DNA from: Camelus ferus
Taxonomy: Eukaryota
Length of the DNA stretch: 64,000 bases
Assembly (NCBI RefSeq): GCF_009834535.1
Contig: NC_045697.1
Span: forward strand, 100,938,001-101,002,000
Direction of reading: 5' to 3'
The notes beneath the pieces were generated by a model. The model was not told the origin of the DNA. It was given only the letters and a program-made list of their open reading frames with translations, and ran no database searches. Each line of letters starts with the position of its first letter. Position 1 is the first letter of the stretch. Both the position numbers and the translations under genes were made by a program. Shown here piece after piece: positions 1-14,028 of the stretch.

Positions 1-789
1 CTGCACTGTCGTTGCCATTTGTCTTTTTAGAGCCCTGAACAGGCAGTGGAGCCCTTGCAGCCTTGGGCGGTTCACCTCTGTGTCCCCGGGACACGCACAG
101 TGAGTGACCCCGGCAGATCAGGGGCTCGCTCACCCCCACTGAACTGAGCAGTGCCCCGGAAACCTCCCCAGCTCACTAAGTTTCCCACTCTCTGCCTTCT
201 TTCCCCATCATGAGAAGTTTCTGTGTTTAAACTTTTGAGCTGGAGTCTCTTTAGCAGAGCCTGTTTTTTCCCACTGGTCTCTCCCCGTCCTGGTCACAAC
301 AGTTTGTAACGACGTATTAACACATGCTTATCCACCACTAGATTCTGAGCACTAGGACCTATGGGTGTAGTACTTCTCTTCCCATTTGGAGCACCTGTGA
401 TCTAGAAGGTCCCAAATGAATCAAAAGACAAGGAAATACGGAGGGAGGGAAGGAGGACAGTTTGAGGACAAGGTGTGGGAGAGGGTTTGCACAACACAAG
501 GTGAAAATCATGAGAATTCAAAAGATACTCAATTCTAAAATTCTCACTTGATCTAATATACAAGGGTAATTATTTGTCAAAAAGTTAACACTGTGTGTTT
601 CAGTGAAATACAGGTTCTATTCTAATCCACCCAAATTCTTTAAATAAAAAATTTGCAATCCACATTTATGATCTATCCCGTTTCTTCATTTATCTCAAGG
701 GGTAGTATTGACCCTCATAATAAGATTATATAATTTACATGTCGTACAAAAGAATGCAGACCACGGTAATACGAATGTAATGCCATGCA

Positions 790-945
790 TTTGCCCGGGC
801 CTTTCCAGGTACCACGGCATCGTCACACAAGTGAACCGTTTATCTCAGGACCACACAAAGAGCTAAGCAGAACAGGGGCTCTTATTTTCATTTTGCAGTT
901 GAGAAAACTGAACTTCAGAGAGGTTAAGAGACACGCATGCCTTGG
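790..945 (-). mobile_element. MIR SINE fragment
   Basis: MIR core: cattttgcagttgagaaaactgaacttcagagaggttaag. Confidence 0.7.
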
Positions 946-1789
946 AGCTGTGAATAAATTGAAGAAGAAGTTGAAGATGAAAGGGAGAGATATTAGATTT
1001 GCTCTTTTGAAAATGACTCAGTGGGAGAAACGCGATCTTCATCAGCAACAGCAAATACTTATTCAGCATTTACCTCTTGAAGCCCAGCTCTGTCTTCCCT
1101 GGGATAGAAATTTTATCAAAAGAAAGAGCAGGTATCATGTCAGAGTCCCTCAGACAGCAATTTTTTGAGCAACTGGGCCTATCAAATAAATTACTTCCCA
1201 AACACTTCAGGTGGCAGGAAAAGTAATCATTAGCTGTTTAATATCTAATACAGCTAGGATACTACAGTATTTTCTTGGTTATACATACGATACAGTAAAG
1301 AGTCTCGTTCTCTCTGTGTGTGACGTGCATATATTTTAAAGCTTCTTGAACAATTAATGTGTTGATAATTAATATGTATTAATATGTATGCAGGAAAAAC
1401 ACACTGCCCTCTCACTCAGCATCTTGGTTCTCTCCTGCTTTAGTCTGTCCACCTAGAGTTCCTACCACCATGTTGCCTTCTTTTGTTTATTTGTCCTTAC
1501 TAGTTATTTTTTCAGATGCTTTTATGTGGTCATTCTTCTTCCAATTTTAGAGAACTTGGAGCATCATTTTTTACATTTTTTACATCAAATAAAATATGAT
1601 CAGGAATAAAACTTCCACTTACAAACTGCCCCTAAGGAAAAATGTGACCTATTCGCCCACAATCTGTATTATGACTGCTTTCTGATTTCTTTCGATGAGA
1701 AGCAGAGATTTCTTATCATTCTTGGTTTACTTCTCAGAACTAATATCAGGAAGCAAGTCATGTGGGAAAAAAAAAAAAAAAAGACTTAC

Positions 1790-1993
1790 CCACTCCTCCT
1801 CATCATAGTCTGAATGATGCGGTATGGAGTCCTGTCTTCTCATCGGCGGCGGGGGGTCCTGGGGACTGTGCTCCTCCGTGCCGTCCTTAGGAGACGGTGG
1901 CTTCTTAAGGACCCCTCCCGGCCTGGCAGTGTAAAGCGCTAGAAGAGCGCTTCTGACCAGTTGATCCTTGAAGGCATGTACAAAATGCTCTGT
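1790..1993 (-). CDS. INPP4B: INPP4B coding exon, 204 nt ([68 protein letters not shown])
   Basis: Acceptor ttgctttccag, donor TGG|gtaagt; 68 whole codons, phase 0 to 0. Missed by the ORF track. Confidence 0.97.
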
Positions 1994-4900
1994 CTGGAAA
2001 GCAACGGGCGATGATTAGAAACAGCATGGTAGGCATCTCCACGTAGAGCTATGGAAAGGTCAGCTGCAGATCCGTTGGCACTTAAGTGGTGTGGATGGTG
2101 GAAAAAGCGCCGGCAACAGAGAGAGAAAATGATTCATGTCAATCGACGGACAATAGCTTGGCGTGGGGCTGCTGCCAGGGCCTGCGTCTCCTATTCTAAA
2201 GTTAACGCTGCGGTTCTACACGCGCTGTAAACCCCATCTGTCTTCTCAGCCCCCTCTCTTTCAGTTCCAAATCTTGTCTTGAGATGTATTTCACTGAGGA
2301 TTACCATTTGAACACCATCTATCTACCCGCTGTGCCTTTCAAGTAATTCCAAACACACCTTTAAAGAAAATGGATCAGACTATGTAGAGTTTATATTTTA
2401 AACATAATTAATTGCTAAAGAAAGACATATTTAAAAAAAAAATAGAGGCAGGAGAGCTTTTTCTCTTTTTAGCATCATGGACAGATTTCAACAGGAGAGA
2501 TGACACAGGCAGTTTTTCCCCTGAAAACATTTGGCTTTTACTTCCTATTATTACCCCCTAAACTGTCTCCTCTACCAAATGGTTTCAGTAATGTTCAGTG
2601 TTAACGAGGTTACTGTGAAACTTGCCATGGTAGATTTTACAAGCTGGTGGTAAATATCTAGTAAGTACTATTGTAATGAAGGCTTCCCAACAATAAAGAA
2701 CTTTTACAGCTGTACTTTGCAATTTCCTGATGAAATGTTTAATGGCTTCACCAGATAATGTACTGGAGGGTGCAGTAATTGATTTTATGTATAATAGTAC
2801 ACTTAACATGCACGTGGCCTAACAATCTGTTCAGTCAAAGAGCAGAGAACTAACTCAAGCACTGACCCATATCGTTAACATATTTATATTTTGTAATCTG
2901 TTGGAAAGGGGCCTTTTAACCCATAGCATTATTTCGAATAACACCATTTCATGAGACACTTCGGATATAATGCTGTCTTCACTATTGCTGCAACTCAAGG
3001 TAATCATTTATGTGTGCTCTCTCGATATGCATTCAACAGTGCCACGCCCAATAATGGCTACTAAATTGTTTCTAAATCTCCCTGCTGTGAATGTCAGCAA
3101 GCATGGAAAACCAGTTACACCACATGCAAAACAAGTGCCTAATAAGACTACATCGTATCTGCAGGGTACAGCTTTGTACTAGACCATGAAGTTCTAGAGC
3201 TAGAAGAGAACTTGAGTGGACCTCTTCCACTAACCAGATTGAAAAAATCACTAAGCAGAAGTGTGGTGACCTGTCCAGGGTGGACTGCTGATCGGCAGCG
3301 CAAAAGAAACAGGGACCAAGTTTGCTAACAAGTTTGCTTACTCACATCTCTACCACAACCATCAGCCTAGATGCTCCTGGTCATCTTCCTCTTCTTCTCT
3401 AATCCCAGCTCCCCAAGTGTTCTGATCATCTACCGGCTCTCCTAGTGACTGTGCCCACAACTGCTGATGTAACTATCTGCACTGCTCAATTTTACTGGAT
3501 ATTTTAAACACTCTTTTAATCTGTTAATCTCTTAGTCACATTGAAGGCACTTTGAAGGTGTAGATAAGAAATATAATAAAAAAGGATCTATTAGAATAAA
3601 AAGATGGAAAGTATTTTATAATAAATTAGAAAATAAAAATTTAAAAGGTAGATTTTTAATTCAAAGAACTGCTGAAAAAGCTGGCTAGACGGTACTTAGA
3701 CAAGTCAGTATATTTACAGCAAAATGGGGAAACATGCTGTTAACATGATTTTCCAAATAGCATGGATGTGTCCATCGATGTGAATTACATATTAAAAATG
3801 TGAATTTGCTTCCATTCAGTTTAACTAAACTATTTCCCTATTGATAGTTTCAGTAAGTTCTTTTGATTTATTTTTAGAGCAGAACAGCTTGACTTCTTTG
3901 AATTCCTGCTACCACAGCTCCACTCTCCACAACACTCACTAATTACTATGTAGCTGAATACTATTCACAGCCAATGAAATTTCCTATGGTTCTTATAATC
4001 ACCATCATTTCTTCCCGTAGCATGCACACACAGAGTTTCCTTTTCATTTATTCAAATCTCATGTAGGCTGATTTATTACCAAAGACATGGGAAATAATAC
4101 AATCGATTCTTGCAGTTTTACAACCTAGACTTTTTGGAGGATAGCTGAACGTAACACACAAAATTTTAAATAAACACAGTAAAAGCTGATCTACTTTGTG
4201 TCTACACTCAAAATTTTAACTGACTCCTTGAAAACTCTCTGGATCACCAAGATCCTGCGCGTAGAATCATATTCTGTTAGAAAAATGCAAATTATTCCAT
4301 GGCAAAATCCATGTGACCTGGAAAAAAATCTTAATTTTCTTGACCAGTGTTACTTGGTAAATGTAGACCAATGCAGACCCAGACGTTTTACCATCAAAAT
4401 AAACAAGCCTGAAGAGATTAACGTAGTCACTCAATTTGACACATTGGTATGTTGCTGTTCTTGCTACTGAGATAATATTAGGGGAGTTAAATGTCATGGG
4501 AAATAAGTGACTCTGAGCTGCCTATTTACTCAGAGTTCTGAAAACCTTTTCCCTTTTTTTTTTTTCCTTAGTGTCGACTACAATAAATGAAAAAGAAAAG
4601 CTTTCTAAATGTTACTGTAAGGGTAGGCAAAACAATTCATTTAAAATACCAGCATAAGAATAAAGTAAAAAAAAAGCTTAACTTCTGAACCTAAGCTATA
4701 TCTATTTCACTTGTTCCATATTTTAAAAAGAGAAAGAAATCTTATCTTAAAAATGAAATGTTTTCTTGCCTTACTGCCATTTTTCCAATTCATATTCCCC
4801 TACAAGTATTCTTCAAAGGAACATACAGAATTATCTGCCAGTATAAAACTACTAAAAATTGCTTCTCCTGGGGGTACGATCCCTAGTTTCCTGAATATTA

Positions 4901-5959
4901 ATACCAGAGGAGTAGTTAGGATATGTTCATTCAGAACCACTCTTCTAAACTAGAGGACTCAACAAATTAAGCAAAGTCTCATTCTATTCAGAATCTCCTT
5001 AGAATCACTGAAAAAATTCATGGCCATGCCTCGTCCTATCTGCCATATAGAGATACCATAAACAAGTAATTATCATTTTAGTAGTCATGTAGATGGCAAA
5101 AAAAAAAAAAAGAATTCTGTTTATTTTTAAACTTGATATGTTCTAATGATTTCATAGAGCCATAGTGTTATACTTGACATCGGTGCATTGATATGTGTTT
5201 AACATTCCCTAAAGGAAAGAACATTGAACTTTCAGCCAGGAGGGCTACCTGACATCCAGGCAGCTTATATAAATTATCCACTTGACCTTGGCTAAATCAC
5301 ATAACCACACTTCCTTAGCTTGTACAAAATTACAGTGCCTCTCCGTGAGACTCTTATGGGAGTTCACTGCAAACTGTGAAGTGTACTCTTCTATTTATGC
5401 TTCTTTCTTGACTGACCTTTTCAGTTTCTTTTGTTGACTCATAATCCCCTACACACTCAAAACGTGGTGAGTGGCCCCTAAAGGATCTTAAACCACTTTC
5501 TTAAAAACATTTTTACCATTGGTGACGTAACTCACTGTGCCATAACTTCAAGCATCATTTTTCATTATGCTAAGGTCTTGAATTCTGCCTACCTCTGAAG
5601 CAGCATTGTCAAGTGCTTCCATCTGCAAATCTTCTGAGTTTAGAGGTCCCAGCCTGATCTCAAGCTTTTTAAATAAATGTGTTTCTTCCAGTTTTCCATC
5701 TGAGTGGTATCACTACTGTTCAGCAACTCAGAGTTCTAACATCTGGATCATCTTCAGTAATAGTTACTTTCTGAGTTAGTGATCAAGTTTTATCAGCTGT
5801 ACCTTTCCAACAGTTTCAAAGATTGACCTTTATGTTATATTCCCATTGTAAATCCCAGTTAAAATTCTTTCTGCATTCCATGTTGATACTTCCATAGTCT
5901 TCTTATTGGTTGACTTACCTTAAACTAATTGTTACTTTTTTCGGGATGCTATCCAAGGT

Positions 5960-6070
5960 CACCAATATTAAGACGCTGACTTTTGAATCCCAGCTCAGAA
6001 CTACTGAATCAGAATCTGTATTTTAGCAAGTTCCCTCAGAAGCATTACTGGCATTTTGTGATGCTCAGTA
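5960..6070. mobile_element. MER5-like hAT-Charlie fragment
   Basis: agaactactgaatcagaatctgtattttagcaagttccc resembles the MER5A core. Confidence 0.55.
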
Positions 6071-6224
6071 GTTCAAATCCTCAGTCCTAGCTCAGCCTCC
6101 CTATTGCTCCTGAGATGATCTTCACAAAATACACCTCCTGGTCTTCCTCGCTCAGCAGCCTTCTCAGTACCTACAGAATCCACCTTCTCTCAGGGTAAAA
6201 ACTAGGCGTGAGACAACTAGATCA

Positions 6225-7060
6225 TTTTTTTTTTTTTAAGCTTTAAGAGACATTGTTGAACTGTTTTCCAAACTGTGCAAACAACTGTGTACCCATCAAT
6301 GATGGATGAAAGCGCCAGTTTTTCCTTATCCTGGCTAACTCTTCTGTGCTCAGCCCTTTTGCTTTTAGCTGTTTTAGTGGGTGATTGATGGTACCTCATG
6401 TTAGTTTAAATTTGCATTTCCCCAATAACAAATGGTGATGAGTATCTTTCCATGGGCTTAATTGCCATCCATCATTTTTAGCAAAATGTCTTTTCAATTC
6501 TTTTGCTCATTTTAATCGAGTTTGTTTCATCATTAAGTTGTAAGAATATATATTCTGATACAAGTCCTTTGTCAGATATCTAGTTCACAAATATTTTCTC
6601 CTGGTCTATGACTTGCCTTTTCGTTTTCTTTAATAGTGTCTTCTGAAAATCTTAATGAAAGTTTTTAATGTTGAAGAAGTCATATATAATTTGTTTTTTC
6701 TTTCTTTCTTTCTTTCTGTCTGTCTTTCTTTTCCTTTTTTTTGGTCCATGCCTTCTGAGTTCTATCAAAGAAATATTTGTCTAACCCAAAATGACAAAAA
6801 TTTTCTATGTTGTCTTCTAAAAGTTAATTTTTATTTTTTGCTTTCTTCTTTTAGCTTATATATTAAGTTTTAAGAAAGGTTTACTTTGCATATGGATATC
6901 CAGTTGTTCCTGCATCATATGTTAGAAAGATATCCTTTCCCCAATGAGTTTTCTTTGCACTTTTGTCTAAATTTATTTAGACACATATGTATGGGTCTAT
7001 TTCTAGATTCTCTATTCTATTCCATTGATCTATAGATCTGTGTTTACATAATATGTTACA
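6225..7060 (-). mobile_element. Old L1 fragment (3' part of ORF2)
   Basis: Antisense L1 ORF2-like text (tggtacctcatgttagtttaaatttgcatttcccc; tggatatccagttgttcctgcatcat; ctattctattccattgatcta); ORF-track 6217..6399 has the L1-like MRYH start. Confidence 0.85.
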
Positions 7061-7520
7061 AACTCTGCAATGAATTGGTATTATTTTTGTTTAAAGGGTA
7101 AATATGCATGAGTAAATTAAACATTTGATTTTTAAATTCTGTCCACATACTTACCATCTTTGGTACTCTTATTTCGTTGGTGTAGATCCAAATTTTCCAT
7201 GGTATCATTCCTTTCTGCATGTAGACATTCCTTTAAGTTTTGTTGTGGTGCAAGTCCACTATAAAATCCTCAGTTTGGATTTGTCTAAAGTGATCTTTAT
7301 TTCACTTTCATTTTTGAGGCACATCTTCTCTAGATAAGGAATTATAACTTTTTGGTATATGTCAGTACTTTGAAGATGTTACTCTACTATCTTCTGGTTT
7401 GCGTAGTGTCTAATAAGTCTTTTATAATTCTCATCTGTGTTCCTCTGCAGATTATGTGATTTTTTTTCCCCTGGTTGTTTTACAGTTTTCTCTTTATCTC
7501 TATTTCTCAGCAATTTAATG

Positions 7521-7524
<4 letters not shown>

Positions 7525-7570
<46 letters not shown>
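7525..7570. repeat. (TA)23 microsatellite
   Basis: Read directly from the sequence. Confidence 0.97.
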
Positions 7571-7575
<5 letters not shown>

Positions 7576-8589
7576 TTCTCTTTTTTAAAAAACATTTACT
7601 TTGCTGGAATACATATTGCTTCCTGGATCTGCAGTTTCATCAAATTTTGAAAAATTTTGGCCATCATTTCTGCAAATATTTTTCCATCCCCCTGTTCTTT
7701 TATTCTAGGATTCTAATTACATGCATGTCAGATTTCTTGGTATTGTTCTAGAAGTCACTGGCGCTCTGTTTTATTTTGTTCAGTCTTTTTCTCATTGTGC
7801 TTCATTTAAATAGTTTCTAGTATTAGATTTGCAAATTCACTATCTACTCTTTTGAAGTGACCAATCTGCTAATTCCACCCAGTGCATATTTTTATTTCAG
7901 AAATCATATTTCACTTTTCTTTGAGTTCTCTGGGATCCTGTTTTTAATCTTCCATTTTTCTCCCCACCCTGTTTATAAGTTTCTTGGCTTTCCAAAATAT
8001 ATTAGTATGTTTTTAATTGCCATGTTAAACTTCTTAACTACTAACTACTAACAACTAAGGCTACTAACTACATCATCTCTGTCATTTCTGGGTCTGTTTC
8101 TATTGCTTGATTTTTCTTCTGGTTATGGGTCACATTTTCCTGCTTCTTTGCATGCTTGGTATATGCTTATTTAATGCCATGTATTTTTTATTTTACATTC
8201 TTGGTTGCTAGGTTTTACTGTATTCTTTTAAATAATGTTGGATTTTGTTTTGGCTTGAAGTTAAGTTACTTCACACCAGAAGGACTCAGGAAGATTCTTT
8301 CAAGCCTTATTTCTCAGCCTTGTTAGAGTGGATCAAGAGCAGCCTTCAATCTAGGACAAACTTAGCCTCACTACGAGGGCCATACCCTTCTGGAGGCTCT
8401 ACGCAATGCCCTCTATATTACAAAGTCTTTGCACTCTGCCAGTGAGAAGGTAAACTATTCCCAGTCCTACATGACCACCAGGAATTATTTTGTCTGCTTA
8501 TTTCTAGTATGTATTTCCCTGGATTTCAGTAGTTTATTTGCACACATTTACAAATCAGCACTCAGGTAAAGAGCTTTTATTTTATTATG

Positions 8590-8857
8590 ATTGCTACCAA
8601 AGTGGGTTTTTAATTTTTTAAATAGCATTATTAAAGGTTACTTTTCATTTACAGTTACTACAAAATACTGGCTCTATTCCCCATATTGGCTCAATACATC
8701 CTTGAGCCTGTCCTACATCCAACAGTTTGTACCTCCCGCTGTCCCACCCCTATATTATCCCTTCCCCCCTACTGGTAACCACTAGTTTGTTCTCTATACC
8801 TGTGGGTCTGCTTGTTTTTTTTGTTTTGTTTTGTTTTTTTGTTTGTTTGTTTTTTTT
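8590..8857 (-). mobile_element. Cetartiodactyl-type L1 3'UTR fragment nested in the older L1
   Basis: tacaaaatactggctctattcccc...ctactggtaaccactagtttgttctctata matches the antisense artiodactyl L1 3'UTR as I recall it. Confidence 0.7.
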
Positions 8858-11484
8858 CAGAAAAGCACTCATTCACAGATCTCCTGTGAGCAGTTCCCTC
8901 CTTTTGGTATGCTGTTCTGCAAATTTTAGCCATCTTGGTTTTCCCAAACTCTAATCTCTGCCTCCTCAACTTGAGAAGTTACTGTTTGGCTTCCCCTCCC
9001 TTGTGCTACAGCCTGGGCACTGCCTCCAGGAAGATGCTAGGCGGTCAGAAAGATCGCATACTTTATCTTCTTGTGCTGCCTATTTTCCCACACCTAAAAA
9101 CCACTATTTCATACATTTCTTCCAGTTTTCTTGTTGTTTAACGTTAAAGGATCCATGTTACTCTATCATGGAAGAAACAGAAGTTCTAATTCCATGTATT
9201 TTACGTACAAGTATCAATCTTAATAGTATTTTATTTTCTTATCTTTATTTTCCCTATTTTTCAATATTCTAATAAATAGAAGTTTTGTTTTTATACACTA
9301 TTACTTATTTCACATTTTAAATATCTACCATATGAAGGAGACTATGAAAAGAAGAAATATAAATTCTAATCCTGAAATTTCACCTTTACTGATACTAGTT
9401 ATTTTCAAGTTCTTTTAGAATATAGTATGTATGCATGTGTTTGTATATATACTTTCACAGACTATAAAATACAGAAAACCTCTACTCATTTAGATCTTCT
9501 CTTTAGTTTGGGACTGAGATAGAATGGGTGAGGTGAATAAACAGTAAGAAATTCCTTCTCAGTACCTAAGTAATGAACATAATCAGTGCTCTATAAATTA
9601 TGTGTATCTTCAACTCCTTAGCACATTGACTTTCTGGTTTTGTTAGTAAGAAAAACAGAACATCTAAGTTAAGTTTTAGAATGAAGTGATCTTCTCTTTC
9701 TTTGACCACAACAGAGCGCTTTGGTCTACTACGTCAAGGTTGAAAAGATAGTAGGAATTGAAAGGTGTGAGATTTTCTCAAACATATTGTGAGCATAGCC
9801 TCTAATATTGGTGACAAAATCTTATTTTTGTTGTTGTTTACCATTTCACAGTTACCATTTTGCGAAATACCCCATTCTTTTAAATCCTTAGACTGTAAAA
9901 GTTAAGGACCATGTCTGTGAGGTATTTGTCATATAGCATTGAGTACAATATCACACGTAATTAGATGCTCAATATTGCTCTGTGATGAACAACACAATAA
10001 TGACTTTCTTAGCAAGATCGATCAGTCTCTATGGAATGCAGACTATGGTGGGCATTTGAAGCTAATGTCACACATATATCTGAGCTATGAGACACATGCC
10101 TACAATGAGGTCCTTATTTTTTCATTTTGAATTTCTTTACACTACTTTTCTCTCTCTCCCTCCGTCTTTTTTTTTTTGGCCATAGCATTGCGTATTTTTA
10201 GTCTAGGGAAAAGGAAAATGCATTTTCATCCCACTCTATTATTAGCCTTTCATATCTTATGTTAAAAATTTGGCTTATGCTTTGTCTTCTATGCTGAGAT
10301 TATTCATACAAAGTCAGAGTTTGCCTTTTGTTATACCCTACATCACAACATGAAATAATCTCTTAATATTTTCATAAACTAATATGCAGCAAACAAATCC
10401 AGTTATCCATCAGAAGATACACTAAGAATTAAAACATTAGAACAATTTAATTGAGTTTGTGCACATTAGGACATGAAAACTTTGTAGACAATTTTTATTC
10501 TTGTAAAATTGCACTTATGTCCCTTTTATGTACTGAATATACTATATGCATAAGTTCCTAAGAAGACAACTCCAGAACTTATTTTCCAAACATGCCAGTT
10601 CAGAGTGAATGAAAGAAACAAGGGGACTATCAATGAAGAGATTTATTCTCTAATCCAGCGTGCAAATCCCAGGTCTTAAAAACAAAATGTTTTAAGTTAA
10701 ATCTTGCTCATATTAAATGATACTAAAATTTAAGATGCCACAAAATGATTTATCTTTTATGCTAGATTCATGGATCAGACTTTATTTTAAACCACAAGCC
10801 AGTAACTGTCTTCGTTGACTATGCAAAACTTTGTTAACTTAGATACTTCTTTGAAATTCCAGGCATGAATTCTTAAAGGAATGCATGGCTTGCAAACTTG
10901 ACATTAAAAATTCTCCTGATTTCAAGGTCTGACAGATTTATTAGTAGACAAAGCTTGTCTACTCGGTAAAAAAACATAGGGAAAAAAAGTTGGAGCAATG
11001 CTGAATTAATGGAGAAGAAAAAACCTCCCCCCACCCCACCCCCCACCAAATCACTGCAGCGAGTTGTAAATGATGTATGAAATGACAGATCCCTGCCCAG
11101 GGAACAGGAAGAATAAAAATACTGTTCTGTAATCACTGCAGTGATGTGCTAGCTGCTAAAATTTTCTGCTTAGGTAAACCCAGGAAAACCTCACCTCATC
11201 TGCAAATCTAAAAAAGAAATGAACGAAGAATAAATTCTATTATTTTACTGCATGCAACACTCTCCTCTTCTTTTCCTTTTTCTTAGCCATAACATATTCA
11301 TTGACTATTAAGACATATTTACTGACTATTAGAATATTTAAGTATTGCTGAGGAATCTGTCTAACAAATTCTTTTCTAATAAAAAAAAAAAAAAAAAGGA
11401 AATCTCAAAACACATATACGACATAGAAGATACCAGAAAGGGCTTCCATTCCACGGCCAACCAGACCTGGGGTTGAACCCAGTT

Positions 11485-11670
11485 TTGTTTGAATCCTGGG
11501 TCTGACTCTAGCTACATGATTTTGCATATTTTTTAAACTCCTCTGACCTTCAATCTTTTCCTTTGTGAAATGGAGATAATATATACCCAAAATGTGAAGA
11601 TTCAATGTTCTAACCGTAAATCCCTCAAGTCCCTGGCAAAATATTTGACAAAGTAGTAGGTGTAAAATTT
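11485..11670 (+). mobile_element. MIR SINE
   Basis: ttgaatcctgg...ctctgaccttcaatcttttcctttgtgaaatggagataat core. Confidence 0.65.
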
Positions 11671-12870
11671 GGGCTAGTTTTTTCCTTCCTTTTCTTGATG
11701 AAGCACCTGTTCTGGCCCGGAAGGAAGACTGCATTTTGAACAGGAAGTCTTGGGTTCTAATTTCTCACTTTTTAGTTTATTAGACAACTCACATCACCTT
11801 TCTGAATACATACTAGGTTTTTTTTTTTTTTCTGAAAATAGATATTAGTTACATCCCATGAGAAAAACATATGATAATGTAGACTTAACTAAAATGTTAA
11901 ATAAATGCAAGGTATTATTATTATAAATTAACATATCTGAGTCAAATATATATACACATACAGTGTTCAGGTTTCTATGAATCTGTTCTTCAGGGATGCA
12001 ATAACTACACTGTTATTTTATTCTAACATGATACCATGAGAATTTCCTTTGGTCAGTTTCTTCAAGGGCATATTATTGGCTGTATCCAATAATAAGTTGC
12101 AAATGCCCTCGGAGTGCAGAGGTTAAGAATGAGTGTACTAGAAATGGACTCCAGGACAGCTGATTTTATGTTTCAAATCAAACTGCCACTTGTCCTTTTT
12201 TATATTGGCTCTATTCAGACCATTCAGATGCCCTCATTAGTTATGGAAGTTGATGTTGAATATTTACCTCATGCAGACTACCCCTTCCTCTTACCATATA
12301 CAAGTGCAAGTCCCTTTTGGAAAAATTAAGGCTGAGATCCCACTGCCTTTCAAACAATAACTGATACTTTGGGAAATTTTTAGAAACTTCTCCCAGTAGA
12401 TAATGTTGTAGAAAGCAAAATGAGGCCGGGGAATTACCCCAGTGCCCCTGATGAGAATCCATATCAAAGTTCTGATTTCATATGAAGTGACATTCCTACC
12501 CAAATGTATAGCTTCATATGCATAAAAATTAGGTGATCACCAGAGGAAAATAATTTTCAAAATCTAATTTAATTCAGTTAATAAGACCATGAACCAAAGA
12601 AAACGAAAGATACCAAGGAAAAGAGAAAATATACCCAAACCAATAATAGGTTTCATTTCCTACCAGGAAAAAAAAAAAAAAATAATGCTCAGTAAGATTT
12701 GAAAAGAGGATGAGGCCAGTTCATTTTGATCCTGTGGCAGTACTTTGAAGCTTACTTTTTAACCTCGTCTATTTTACATTTCCAGATGCTATGAAAGGCA
12801 ATGTATGCGGAAAGCAGCACCAGTGGGAATTTGGGAATTTCCCCCACTGTAGTGATGATTTGGATCTTAC

Positions 12871-13048
12871 TTTTTCTGAAAGCATCTTTAAAGAGTTCTT
12901 CAAGCTGTCTGGAGAATGCTGGCTTGCAGAATTAAGCAGTAGGTCTGCATGGGTTGCTATCAAAGGTTGTAGCTGATTGATGTTGCTGAGAACTTCTTTT
13001 GCTTTGGCTGTGTTTTCAGGTGAATAGTAAATAAACTGGTATCCAGTA
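12871..13048 (-). CDS. INPP4B: INPP4B coding exon, 178 nt ([59 protein letters not shown])
   Basis: Acceptor ctttgttgttgcag, donor AAA|gtaaga; phase 2 to 0; overlaps ORF-track entry 12769..12963. Confidence 0.97.
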
Positions 13049-13374
13049 CTGCAACAACAAAGATAAAGGCAAGTTACACAACAAGCAGGAAGAATTTTCA
13101 GTGCTTAGTACCAGATGGCAAATGATACACAGAACACCAAATAGCATTCGTTCCTATTGAACAGATAAAAATTATCCTAAGAGGTATTTTTTATGATAGC
13201 CAAAGAGATGTTTCAGTAAAATGACCAAGATATTTCAAAAGACTAGGTGAAACATATCCAGTCCCTTGCTCAATCACTAGAAGATTCCTCATGATTATGT
13301 ACGTCAAGTATTAGTATTCAAAACAAATTAGTATTAATATTAACTACTAATGAACTTGAGGTCACATAGTACAG

Positions 13375-13590
13375 AGAGAAAAGTAGGAGCCCTTATATTT
13401 AGGCAAATATGAATATAGATCCTGGCTCTGCCACTTACTAGCTGGGTGATCTTGGGAAGCCGTTAGCTTCCTCATCAGGTAAGTGGGAATAATTATCCAA
13501 ACAATTCAAAGAGGTGGGTAAGATTGGTCATCATTCATGTGAAATGCCAAAAATAGTGCTTGACAAGAAACACTTAATAATCACTATCTA
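13375..13590 (+). mobile_element. MIR SINE
   Basis: atcctggctctgccacttactagctgggtgatcttgggaag...ttcctcatc...gggaataat. Confidence 0.75.
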
Positions 13591-14028
13591 TATTTTCCCC
13601 CCATGATACTTAGGGCAGGGGGCATAAATTTGAATAGCAGAGAAATGGGGAAAAAATAAATTAATACCAAATGGGCATATGGAGAATTTTATTGGATAGA
13701 AAAAGGACACTTACGGCATACAAATTCCATTATGCTATTTTGTCACCACCATTTTTGTTCCTGGAGGTTTCTCATTTAACTTGTAAAAAAAACCAAACTT
13801 AAATTGATTACAAATGGAAGAATTACTGATTTTCATAATCATCAATTAGGAAATGGTCAAGCATGTTACAGAGTGAGAATTCCACGGAATGAGAGAGACT
13901 GCGGCCAGTTTCATTAGGAAAGACAAGCAGACATTCCAGCAGGGAAAGAAGTAAAACAGCAAAACATCAGCCAAAGTAAAAGAAGAGAGGGACCAGAGTT
14001 GGTGCTTCCAAATGTTTTGTGCAACACT

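Larger units (their letters stand above)
7130..9185 (-). mobile_element. Ancient L1M (L1MC/L1ME-like) 5' end and ORF1 region, interrupted by (TA)n and a younger L1 fragment
   Basis: T-rich antisense ORF1-type text, ending in the typical L1M 5' terminus (ttactctatcatggaagaaacagaagtt). Confidence 0.75.

Noticed and set aside
11024..11047. G-quadruplex on the transcript strand
   Set aside because: Only three runs of 3 or more G; at best a weak two-tier structure.
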